Assembly: GCA_964199315.1 (NCBI GenBank)
Contig: OZ116710.1
Location: 1,984,001-2,048,000 of the forward strand
Reading direction: 5' to 3'
Origin: Orbicella franksi
Taxonomy: Eukaryota
Length of the DNA: 64,000 nucleotides
The translations under genes were made by a program, and so were the position numbers. Shown here one piece after another: positions 47,105 to 58,700 of the stretch (position 1 is its first letter; the number at the start of each line of letters is the position of its first letter). The notes under the pieces were generated by a model that worked only from the letters and a program-made list of their open reading frames with translations, did not search any database and had not been told where the DNA came from.

Positions 47105-50061
47105 TTAGAAATCCAATGGTCTCATTTTCATCTCGGTCATCTTCAGTGAGTAGGATGCTCCCCTGAAGCCCCTCCAGTTCACACCACCACCAAAGGGCGA
47201 GGGATTTTTGTGGTGATAGATGCCATTCAGGTTGGATTGGTGACAGTTATTGTACCACCAGGCTCCGTGAAACCTCTTAATAATAATAAATAAAACGCTT
47301 TAATAGCTGACACAAATTACTGGTAACCCAGTAGTTTACATTGTGGGCTAAAAAAAAAAAAATTATTTAGTTAAAAAATGTTAAAATATTGAAGAAGTTA
47401 AAATATAATACAGCATGCACATAAAATGTATTCGAATATATTACAAGACATTTTGAAAACGTTCTAGAGACGGTAAAGTCATCATTATCTTGATCTTGAG
47501 TTGAAAATGGTTTACGGCGATGATAAGAGAAAGAGTCACCAACAGTTCCTGAGACATTGGATTAAAAAATGAAGCTAATATGAGCAAGGCAAAGTTGACA
47601 ATGAGAAGAAATTGTCCGAGTGAACGTTGTTTACACGTGTGTGTTCGGGAGAGTGGGAATGGTGATAATACAGTGTTCTATGACGATCATGTCATTCTAA
47701 AAAGCAGAATGACTAGACACATCCCTTGATCACGAGGAACGAAGCGATAAATATGAATGTGATTACATTGTTAAGAAGCTAATTGTAATTAAATGCTAAC
47801 GGATTGTGAAGTTAAAAAATAATCAATGTGAATACAGAGCGTCATTTTAGAAAGCAAAGAACGAGAGAAAACCCTTTTACAAAAGCTGAAGGCTTTCATT
47901 TTTCTCCAAGGGGTTGCCAAATTCGCTTTTCAAATTTTCATTTGTCCTTGTTGTTTTGTCCAGATTTTGTATCTACAAGAGTAGCTAAAAATTTATAAAG
48001 CTGTTCTTTCAACAAACTTAGAGCACTTGAGTAATAGTCAAGGATCAGTTTGTACTTGTCAGTCTCACTCATAAACCAAACTTGTTATACTCGGCATAAG
48101 CAGTATGTTCTTCAAAGTCTTCTAAGTCCACACGCAGCATGCTGTTATCATCTAGACTTGCCATCTGATGTCAGGCGGTGGATTTTGTTCAGTCCGAGCC
48201 AAAATTCACCATTCAGATCACCGAAACCAGCCTTGTAATCGCTCCAGTCAAGGAAAAAATCAACAGAACCGTCCAGTCTCTTCTGGAACATTGTCCACCC
48301 CCCACCGGCTGTTGTTTGGTCAGGTTTGATGGTGTACACACCGTCTTTTCTTCCGCCAGATTTGTAGATTTCTCCACAGTTTTTGTAAGCTGCCGAATCT
48401 GCAAGAGAAAAGAAATGATTGAAATTTTGAGATGGAGCGATTTTGTACCTGAAACAAATCGCGGAGACCCAGCAGGCGCTATTTATGGGGAGTGGAAAGT
48501 CGAAACGGCGAAGAAAAAAGTCACTCAAACATTGCAATACGTACTTGCCTTTGAGTGGGCTCTGAATTCACAGACGAGAGGAACTTTGCTCTGATGCTCA
48601 CCGATTAAGAAGAATAATCCAACGAATTTTTTCTGCCTTGTCAGGAGAGCTGCAAGGCCCAGTGTGACTCTCTCCCCAGGGCAACTCGCTTTCTTTTAGC
48701 TTCTACTTTTCGCGGCCATTTTTTTCCTTCGCCGTGTCGTCTTTTCTTGGTCTCCATCAACTGTTCCTGGGTCTCCGACGATTGAATATTTTGAACTTTC
48801 AGAAATTGATATGCATAAATTATCAGTATACATTACTTTCGTTACAAGTTGTTCTAGTGAATCCAGGGCGACAAAGACAACGAAAACCTTTACTGGTGAA
48901 TCCAGCTTGACGTGTGCCATTGTTCAGACATGGGCTGCTACTACAGGGATTCTGTTCAGAGAGAGAAAAAAACGATGGAAGCAAATAAATGACTAGACGT
49001 TATGGATTGTATATATTGTACTGAAATATTTCTAGATCAGGAGGAAAAAAAAATTGAATGATTTACAATTTCTTATGTATGTTTACTCTTAGCTTTCTAG
49101 TCTTGTGATTTATTTAACAAATGCATGTGTCGCCGAAAATATTCAGCATAACTCTGTATAACTAGTTAAGACTGTTTTACATTACCTCAATGGCCAGATA
49201 TGTGTAACTTGGTTCATTGTCAAGAAAGGTGATAAACTGGTTTTCATCCGTAGCATTTTTCAACTCGCATTTATGTGTTCCTCTCTTTAAAGGTCCCAAA
49301 TTGATGGACACACAATTGGGCTCCATATAACACAACAGTCGACAGGACCCCTCGTTAGAGACCGCCTCACTCCTGATCACGTGATTCTTCATTGCTCTGT
49401 TTGCAACTGGTTCCTTGAATATGATGTTGCGGCATTCGTTGTCTGTGAGAAACAAACAAACAAAAAATATCTAAATGGCTTCCTCTGATAAAAATATTTA
49501 CCTTCTGCTCACACCGGCAGATCGTTTCTATCGCCGTGCTGTTATCAGAAGGGAGAAGGGAGGGTTACAATGCTTCATGATCTGTGTTTTTTCCAGTATA
49601 TATCTTTCACAGACATTGAATCTTTCTGTGATACAAATTATCCAACGTTTTCCATAATGAAGATAAGATCTTGAAAGAAAATCGAAAAGTTTTTCTAGGT
49701 TGTGTAAGTTTGCGAAAAGGGAAAATGTTATTTTTCTGGGTGAAAAGGCTTTCACGAAGATCCTGTGCGACCAGACAATGAGTAAAATAAGTCGGTTTGC
49801 ATGCGTGTATTCCTGAGATGTGGAAATGAAGAGATTGTAGAACTTAAACTTTTAACTAAAGCAGATTTAATGTTTTGGCGACAAAATGAATTTAGCAGAG
49901 ATATGAAAAAGTCTTGGTTAGCGCAAACTAACAGACTGAGAAAACTACAAGAAACTGAAACACTTACCAAAGCAACCAAGACATAATGGGAATATGTTCC
50001 TAAACGAGATGCAAAGGCAAGAGATAGTAGCAATGTTATGCTGAATCTCCAAAGAAACCAT
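47105..50061 (-). pseudogene. FReD-3 (type I) pseudogene: signal - PAN - EGF - fibrinogen
   Basis: Exons 50061-49968, 49442-49186, 48951-48837, about 48398-48027, and 47548-47105. Lesions: EGF Cys to Arg, 30-nt deletion (NLPAFDVFCD), 13-nt insertion giving a premature stop at 48148-48150, further frameshift, and a roughly 200-bp insertion in the last exon. Confidence 0.88.
47274..47480 (-). mobile_element. AT-rich retroelement 3' end inserted into the last exon of FReD-3
   Basis: It replaces about 30 nt between gtgaaa and atcattatc of the paralogous exon. The minus strand ends attaaagcgtttt(att)n. Confidence 0.55.
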
Positions 50062-50170
50062 TCTTCTGTTTGTGGAGAGAAGCGTGCGAAGTGAACGCTC
50101 GTGAGTTTCAGCCTCCACGGTCTGTTTATTTTTTTCACTTTTGAGGAGAAGAAGTTTAACTAGAGCAGGA
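48590..50170. repeat. Segmental duplication, paralogous to about 30340-32350 (type I 5' half)
   Basis: Signal, PAN and EGF exons of equal length (94, 257, 115 nt) with alignable introns. Confidence 0.85.
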
Positions 50171-51369
50171 GCTCCTGACGGTTTTGGCGAATTTAATAGA
50201 ATGCATGTTTATATCTCAGACATGAAACGATAATTTAATTTTGATTTAATCATTTTTCGGAAGAAACCTCTCCATCCCTTTTTCAGTGTAAATATAACAA
50301 TAGAGGTAAATTGTATAGAAATAACTGGTACATACTAACGAGTGCGTATACAAAATTTAAAAATGCGTGCGGATTACAGAGATGGCTTAAATTGAAGTGT
50401 AAAGTTGTTGATTAAGGGTTGAGTTCACTATTCTATTCAATTTGCATCTTCTGTAATATTTGCATTGATGAAGGTAGAAGTTTCTGCCAAAACATGTTTG
50501 TAAAATTTATTGTCGTTTTTATCTGAAATTGGTTGTGACTTTCCTGCGGTCCAGACTTTTTGGTAAAGTTTATATTGGTTTAATGGATTGCCTGATATAT
50601 TGTTTTATTTATATAACTGAGACAATTACTTCCATTTGATTGGCTGAGAGTAGGCAAATCTATAGTTAATTTTTAATTTGCACTGCAGTGCAAATACGCG
50701 CGCGCTTTCGTGATTTTCCCAGTCATATAATAAATGAGTAATCGTATAAAGGCTCGCCGAGCAATTAAGGATCTAAACTACTTGTTAGTGTTTGAAAATT
50801 CTTTCCAATTGCACTCGCCTAAAGGTTCGTGCAATTTTGGAGGAATTTTCAAATATCGCTCGTAGTGTAAATCCCTTAATTGCACACGCATTCATACGAC
50901 TACCTATACAAATTTTCACTTTCATGGATAATTACGCTATGTCAACCCAGGACATATGGCGGTGTTCCGTACGTAATAGTTGCTGTGTGTTCTCAGTATA
51001 ATCATGAGCCTCCCAACATAATTATGAGCCGCTCGGCATAATTATTTCCGCTAGTGTTAAAAGCAACCACGCAGGATAGAATAGTTTCCATTTCGTTTAT
51101 TTTAACTGTTTTTTTTTCTAATGTGAAAACTACAGAAAAATTACAGTCACAAGAACTGTTTCATGAGGCAAATCAAAACAAAAACAGAGGAAACTTTCCC
51201 AGAGACGATCTCTCTCTTTTATTTTCTGGTAATTTGGTAATTATCTGTCATTAATTAAAATCCGGCTTCAATACTTTGCCTCCCTTTGATAGTTTAAAGT
51301 TACATTTTGATGTCATTGCTGGCTTTGATATATACTGAATATAATTTAGAATAAATATACAGGAATAAT

Positions 51370-51792
51370 AATAATCATAACAATTATAATTTTCTCAAAC
51401 GTGATTGCTGCATAAACTGGTGTATTTTGCTCTAATTAATCTGCAAAGTTGTAATCGGACAGTGTAATCGGACAGTTGGCTGTAATCGGACAGTTACATG
51501 AGCCAATCATTTTAAGTCCTCTCCACTAAATCCATCAATAACAACATCGATTACAGTCAGTATAGTAACCAATACAACAGACTGACTTTGTAACATTGTG
51601 AAGGTTTAGTTTACAGTGACTGTTTTGAAAGAAACGTAACAGCCATTGTGCGAGCTATTCCCATATTCTTAATTATGATATTTAAAAATGACTATTAAAA
51701 GCTATTTTTCAAATAGTGTGAGATTGTAATGGTTTTGATTAATTGGTAACAGGACATCGGGTCGTCCAATTCAGTCTGTAATCATACTCATG
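51370..51792. repeat. Left part of an interspersed repeat split by the hAT element (continues at 55147-55210)
   Basis: Three GTAATCGGACAGT units at 51451-51494. ...gtctgtaatcatactcatg continues as attaacaatgggactcccgcttcgcggtcg after the insertion. Confidence 0.6.
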
Positions 51793-52963
51793 CAGTGCCG
51801 TAGCACGGGGAGCCCCCCCGCTCCCCCCCCCCCCCAAAGAAAACTTTGACTAGCACGTAATAAAAATATTCGAAAGCAGAAAAGTAATAATGTTGGGATA
51901 CTGTTGGATTCTCTTAGCGTAATTAACACTCTGGTTAACTCTAATTTTTCTTTATAACGTTTTACAACAAATGTCCAGCACATTTTTTCTTCAAATTCTT
52001 ACAAAGTTTAAAGCAGCGAAACCCGAAAGTGGTATTGGATTTTTGTGTTTGACCGCTGTAAACTGAGCCAATAATCTTGATAGGCACGTTCGGTCAGCGG
52101 CCACGTTCCTCCTGCTTGTTTCCAAAACCATTCAACATTCGGTTCGATAAAGCATGAAATTTTATGGCTTCGACAGGGAAAAATCAAGAGGGTTTTAAGC
52201 AAAGCACAATCCTCAAATGGGTGAGAGCTGATCGTGAGCCATCGAAGCCATCAAAGAATGAAAACCGTGAAGAACAGGCTCGTTTAGAAGAAAAATCTTA
52301 AGCTGGAACATCTGGCCCACAGGCAGCAGGAACTTCAAGAACTTTGAATTCAAGCATAATCCCCACAAGCCAAGAACCTGATTTACTGGCACCAGGTCTG
52401 GTATCAGTGTTACAAGGCCCCAATCAACCCAAGAGCTGAACAACGGCCATGGTTACATTACGACGAGAAAACTGATATTGTGTTTTGTTTCATTTGTATG
52501 AAAGCCATCCAAAATAATATGCTTTCCTCGGCAAAGGCTGATACGAAATTTACGCGGATTGGCTAAGGGAACTGGAAAAATGCAATAGCTAAAAAGAATA
52601 AGTTTCAAAAACACATGTCGTCTGAATCTCACAGGGAAGCAGTAGCCAGATATGTTACAACCTCAGCAAAGACAGTCGGCGATGTCGGAGAGTTGTTGTC
52701 TGACAAGCATGTAAAGGAAAAAGCAATAAACAGAAGAATTCTACTCACGATCCTTTGAAACGTTCGTTATTTAGCTCGACAGGCTCAACCACTTCGAGGA
52801 AATTGGGACACCCACAGTGAGGGTGAGATTAACTGAAACTTCTATCAACTGCTGAAACTGCGATCTGAAGAAAACCCAAGAATAATTGAGTGGTTAGATC
52901 GCAGAACTGAGAAATACACATCCACGATTTTTCAAAACGAGATCCTCGATGTTCTTGGTCTAG

Positions 52964-53221
52964 ATAAGAAACTTAGTAGAGATGCATGAAGAAGTAGAAA
53001 AGGGGAACTGCGAATCACAAACAAAAAACAATGAAAATAGGTAGTCTGGAAAGATGGGATTTGGGCAAAATTTGGACTGGGAAATGGGATTTGTAGCCCC
53101 CATTCACAACCTTCTTAGTAATATCCATTACTGGGCGAAAATATATATTAAAAACGTAAAAATCCATACGTTTCGAGGCTGCTGGCTCTTCATCAGTGGT
53201 GAAAATGCAAATGAAACTATC
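52964..53221 (-). mobile_element. Small Penelope-type pLTR insertion inside the hAT transposase, 12-bp TSD
   Basis: TTCTTG(G/C)TCTAG at 52952-52963 and 53222-53233. Removing the insert restores EILDVLALGMLRE in frame. It contains a hammerhead core. Confidence 0.7.
53165..53199 (-). ncRNA. Minimal hammerhead ribozyme motif
   Basis: Minus strand cca-CUGAUGA-A-GAGC..GCCUC-GAAAC-GUA-ugg. Stem I cca/ugg; GUA cleavage triplet. Confidence 0.6.
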
Positions 53222-55572
53222 TTCTTGCTCTAGGTATGCTGCGGGAAATATCAGAGAATATTCAGAATGCTAAGATCTTTACAATAATGGCCGATGAGAC
53301 AGCAGATGTGTCTGTCAAGGAGCAACTAGTTGTGTGCATTCGTTGGGTTAACGACAAGTTTATTATTCATGAAGACTTCATGGGGATGTTGCCATTGCCG
53401 AGAACCACTGGTGATCAGATCGTAGAAACACTAAGGGACGCACTGCAGCAAATGAATCTCAATATTCAGAATGCTCGTAATCAATGCTATGATGGTGCTG
53501 TAACAATGGCCGGTGAGAAAACTGGAGTGGCAACAAAGATTAAATCTGTCAATGCAAAGTGTTTGTATACACACTGTTAGGGCCGTGCCTTGAACTTGGC
53601 TGTTGCTGATGCCATAAAATCAGTGAAATGTATGAGTGATGCACTTGATACAATCAGAGAAACTGGAAAGGTGGTGAAAAACACACAATTAGATAAAACT
53701 AAGGAAGAAACCGCAAATGAATCTCGCGGAGTTCATGCTCTTTGCCCCACGCGATGGACTGTTTCGTGGCGAAGCATTAGCATTGGTGCTAAACAACCAT
53801 GGTGAACTCGATCATGGAGCTTTGGGATTGGTCACTTGAGGTATTGAAAGACACAAAAATGAAATCGAGAATCACTGGTGTGAAAAGTGTAATGACACAG
53901 TTTAGTTTTTTCTTTGATTGTTGCTTAGGCGAGAAAATTTTGCGACAAACCGACAACTTGAGCCGTGCTTTGCAGAGTTCTTCAATTTCAGCAGCTCAAG
54001 GAAAAATACTGGCTCGGGATGTGGTTAAAACCTTCTTACCAGATCGAAGCGATGAGTCATTTGATCTGTTTTGGCATCGCATCTTACAGAGAAAAGACAA
54101 GGAAATCAAGTTTATTGAAGACCCCGTGCCTCCGAGAAAGAGAAAAGCACCGGAAAGATTCGAGCTTGGAAACCAAGAAATTCATCATTTTCCTCAAACC
54201 GACAAGGAACACTACAAACGAGTTTATTTTGAAGCCATTGATTTTGCAACTACCGCCGTCACATCAAGATTTGACCAGAAGGACTTTACAGTGTACACAA
54301 ACCTCCAGGAGCTCCTTTTGAAGGCTACTACCAAAGAAGTGTATGATGCTGAACTGGCCGAAGTTTTGAAAGTTTATGGTAAAGATTTAGATGCCTACCA
54401 ACTTGCATTGAAGGCCAGCTGTTACTCCTCCCACAAGTCGCTGCCTCAATGGGGTTTGACACGTCAAGATTCAACATTGATGACCTAATATCATTTTTTC
54501 AGTCAATTGATGATTCCCACAAATTGCTCCTGTCTGAGATTTGCACACTGGGCAAGTTATTGTTGGTAATGCAGCGATGAATGCCGCAAGTGAGCGGTCA
54601 TTTTACGCTTTAAAGTGCGTAAAGACATATCTCCGTTCAACAACTGGAGACGCAAGGTTGAACCATCTCATGATGCTTCACATCCACAGGGACAAGACTG
54701 ACACGACTGACCTGGTAGCTGCAGCCAACCAGTTTGTTGGCAAACAGGAGAACAGAAAACAGTTGTTCGGGACATTTACCCCAAATGATTTGCCACGAAA
54801 ACTGTCTTTCCTCTCGCATGCAACCCAAACATCCGAATGAAATGAAATGGTTCGTGGGGTCTATGTAATAGGTAAGTAATTTATTTATTACACAACACTG
54901 TCAATTTGTATAATAAACCTGTTCAATTAGGAGAGTACAACGTTCATGTAACATATCCGATCAATGACTTTAGTCAGTTAAACATTGTTGTAAACTGCTC
55001 TCAGAAGGCTGGAAAGGCTATTTTACAGAGCCCAGATTTCAAAATCTCCCGGGGGGTGGGGGGCATGCTCCCGGACCCCCCTAGAAGCTCTTGCCTTCGG
55101 CACTCGGTCGGGTGCCCCCAATAGATTTTACCCTGCTACGACACTGTCATGATTAACAATGGGACTCCCGCTTCGCGGTCGTTCAATTTTGTTAATCAGT
55201 CGTATGATATCCCTGCCTCTAGGATATTTTCACTTTGCAACATTTTTTTTACAGTTTTATTTATTTGCAATACAAATTACAATTTACCATGACAACTTAC
55301 ACTACCCGCGTATAAAGCGTAGGCTAATCGAGACGGGCAGCTTAACACATGATAATATCATAAGACTATAGTAAGTTTTGATTATTGCATAGAGAGATCT
55401 TAACAATAAAAGTTTTTTACATGTTGTTTATTATAGACTTTCCTCTTTCGTTTGCCTTTTACGGCATTAAGCGAAACAGTTTCTCCCTAGATTAAACTCC
55501 ATGTTTGCCTGAGCATGCGCGTACTCGTCGTTGAATTGCAATTTTCATGATCTGTATATATCTATCTTTATG

Positions 55573-55680
55573 TCTATGTCTGTCTGTGTGTGTCTGTGTC
55601 TGTGTCTGTGTCTGTCTGTGTCTGTCTGTGTGTGTGTCTATGTCTGTGTCTGCGTCTATGTCTACTGCTATTTCCATGTC
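55573..55680. repeat. Compound TGTC/TG/TCTATG microsatellite just 3' of the FReD-4 stop
   Basis: Read directly. It explains the low-complexity ORFs 55574-55873 and 55590-55949. Confidence 0.9.
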
Positions 55681-55716
55681 TATTCTGCGTAAGATTGTTG
55701 CATGTCTTTACAAAGC

Positions 55717-58700
55717 TTAGAAATCCTCTGGTCTTGTTTTCATCTCGGTCTTCCTCAGGGAGTATTTCCTTCCCTTCCAATTCTTCCAGTTCACACCAAC
55801 ACCAAAGGGCGAGGGATTTGTCTGATGATACTTGCCATTCAGGTTGGATCGGTGACACGGGGAACTGTACCACCAGGCCCCGTGAAACGTGCTCGCACAG
55901 TGTACCTCTCCTTGCTCGTTCGTATGTTGATCATTATCTTGATCTTTAGTGGAAAATGGTTGATCGCCATGATGAGAAAGAGAGTCGCTAGCATTACCTG
56001 AATATCAAATTAAGGTCTAGATAACAGCAGACATGTAAATATTTTAAGGAAAACGACCAATTTTTTAAGTTTGCAAGACATGTTTCGACAGAGCTTCTGT
56101 CATCTTCAGTTGAATGAATGATTACAAAGCAAGTTGAATAATAAGTAGGCAGAAATGCTAATTAAGACAAATAGTAACAACAGAACGTGAAAAGGTGTCA
56201 GTTAAAAGGATAATTTTAGATTTACATGGTGTAATTGCTGATTGAGGGAAGGTAGTTCTTTTTGAATATGAATAGCCTCCTTTATCTTGAGTTGAAAGCT
56301 GGTAGTGGCGTGATCTAAAATATGAAAGCAGTCTATTGAACACAATGAGCGACAACGTTCAGAATTCTGAAGATGTTTGAAGATGTGAGAGGCCCTATCA
56401 ACGGCTAAGTGCTCACGTACGCGTGTGGAAAAATGTCGGGAGGTTTCGCCGACATAACAGGCATTACAGCCCGCACATGTAAACTTATAAACCACACGTG
56501 AACGAAGCCCGTCGGGGATAGGGTCTTTCACACCAAAAAGGTTACCTATCTTGAAGGAAGAAAAAACTAATTTGATGTCTAAATCATTACAATAGCGCTT
56601 GATTAAGTGTCGAATCTTCTTCTGAGTGATGACAGAAAAATGGCCTATGTATGGCAGCTTAAAGTAAAACGTGGGCGAGGTGGTAAGGGGGTAGCCCCGG
56701 GGACAATGATTGCTATGGGTCCCAGTGATGTAACGGTTAACCACTTTTTCAATTAAATGGGCAGGGAAAAGGTTCTTTTTGAGAATTTCAGTAAGCTTGG
56801 TTATATCCTCGTGTAACCCCAACCAAGTGTTGTTGATCTTGTAGGCCCTGTCAACAAGAGTCCTAATGAGACCTACTTTGTATGAGTGCGAGGTGAAGCT
56901 AAAATAATTAGTTAATAACCCAGTAAAGGTTTTCTTACGGTTTTCTTCCTTCAAGATAGGTAACCTTTTTGGTGTGAAAGACCCTATCTCCGACGGGCTT
57001 CGTTCACGTGTGGTTTATAAGTTTACATGTGCGGGCTGTAATGCCTGTTATGTCGGCGAAACCTCCCGACATTTTTCCACACGCGTACGTGAGCACTTAG
57101 CCGTTGATAGGGCCTCTCACATCTTCAAACATCTTCAGAATTCTGAACGTTGTCGCTCATTGTGTTCAATAGACTGCTTTCATATTTTAGATCACGCCAC
57201 TACCAGCTTTCAACTCAAGATAAAGGAGGCTATTCATATTCAAAAAGAACTACCTTCCCTCAATCAGCAATTACACCATGTAAATCTAAAATTATCCTTT
57301 TAACTGACACCTTTTCACGTTCTGTTGTTACTATTTGTCTTAATTAGCATTTCTGCCTACTTATTATTCAACTTGCTTTGTAATCATTCATTCAACTGAA
57401 GATGACAGAAGCTCTGTCGAAACATGTCTTGCAAACTTAAAAAATTGGTCGTTTTCCTTAAAATATATCAAATTAAAAAATGAATAACTGTCATGCGAGA
57501 CCGAGGTATTCCATATTCCGTTAAATTGTTCAATATTTTTCGAAAATTAGCCTGTTCTAAATGCCCCATATCCCATTATTCATGTTTCCCCTAAATATCT
57601 CATATCCCGATTTATTTTTACTAATATCCCATATCCCAGAAACGCCTAATAGGGCCACCATTTGGTTGGTTTACGATACGCCTGGGGTGGGGAGGAGGGG
57701 GGTACGTCCGTAAATTTCGGATGTGTCCCAGGGGTCTTCAACTTTGACCCTATTTAAGGATGAAGCAAACGCCACCCTATCACGGGGAAAAACAAAAACC
57801 AAGAATAGCGTGAACGGTTCAACTAAATTTCGTTTCATTGGAAATTACAAATAGTTAAGTCTTAACAGATTTGTTTAGCTGGGCTACCCTACAGTAAAGA
57901 ATCACACCGGGAATACAATGCCAACGGGGGCAAAAATAACACACTATTTAAGGATCGACAACGTTAAAAACCATACCCTATCCCGCGGCATATATGCATA
58001 GCTATATAGTCCATATATGGGAGTACCCCTCCCGGGACGATACGATTACATTGTAGAACGTTGGACCGTTGAAAGTTAATCCTTTTGATATTCCCTGACG
58101 TCACTTTCGAATTCCTTATAAGGAAAATTTAACAAGTACAATATTTGCGTGTTATACAGTAGATTGTTGTGTTTCCATGGTTTCACTTCAGAGGGCCCGA
58201 ATTGAATAGTGGGTTACTTACTATTTACATGGGAAAACCGGAAATTCCAGTTGGAAAATCAAATATTTCGCGCCATTCCGTTAGGAAAGCTCCAGAAAAT
58301 ATGGGCTGTGATTTAGGGTGATGCTATTGTTCTGCTCTTTTAAGTCTCTCTAGTTGATGTGGATATACTTTATAGCGATTCCCTCTCCCGCAACGTCGCA
58401 TTTAATTTTTTAATGTTTAAGCCTGAAATTTCCAACCGGATGGTTTTTGTAAATGGTAAGCACCCCTGGAATACCATTCAAAAAGCAAATTGCTTACTCT
58501 GGGTTTTATCGGTGATAGGTATGGACATTTTATTGATAGATTGTGTCTTTTCATGGTCAGTCGTCTTACGACTTTCGTGACATCCTCTCCTATCCCATCC
58601 CATCCCGTCCTGGATTGGTTTTTCAGCCCTTATGGTGATTAAACCCCCCTTTCAACCTTGTAAGTCACTCATCACTAACTCTTAGCTTCCGTTTACAACA

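Larger units (their letters stand above)
51793..55146 (+). mobile_element. Decayed hAT-superfamily DNA transposon (TTF-type Zn finger, DUF4371-like, DDE, hAT dimerisation domain) with 5-bp TSD
   Basis: TIRs CAGTGCCGTAGCA / TGCTACGACACTG; TCATG on both sides. Transposase remnants RPWLHY...VFCFIC, RYLARQ, IMADETADVS, THC, CPTRWT, SERSFYALKCVKTYLRST, broken by stops and frameshifts. Confidence 0.9.
56014..57464 (-). mobile_element. Young 5'-truncated Penelope-like retroelement (RT C-terminus + GIY-YIG endonuclease) with 526-bp inverted duplication and 12-bp TSD
   Basis: Uninterrupted ORF 56202-56954 with VVYKFTCAGCNACYVGETSRHFSTRVREH. Arms at 56039-56564 and 56941-57466 (1 mismatch seen). ATATCAAATTAA at 56002-56013 and 57465-57476. 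Confidence 0.93.

Noticed and set aside
55492-55949. Low-complexity ORFs (TQTDT..., VSVCVCLC...)
   Set aside because: These are translations of the microsatellite and the antisense of the FReD-4 last exon.
56974-57303. 109-aa GIY-YIG ORF on the + strand as a separate gene
   Set aside because: It is the inverted copy of the 3' part of the Penelope ORF at 56202-56954.
57640-57660. AGGGCCACCA resembling the 3' half of a histone stem-loop
   Set aside because: It is the terminus of a MITE, with no 5' stem arm and no histone gene nearby.
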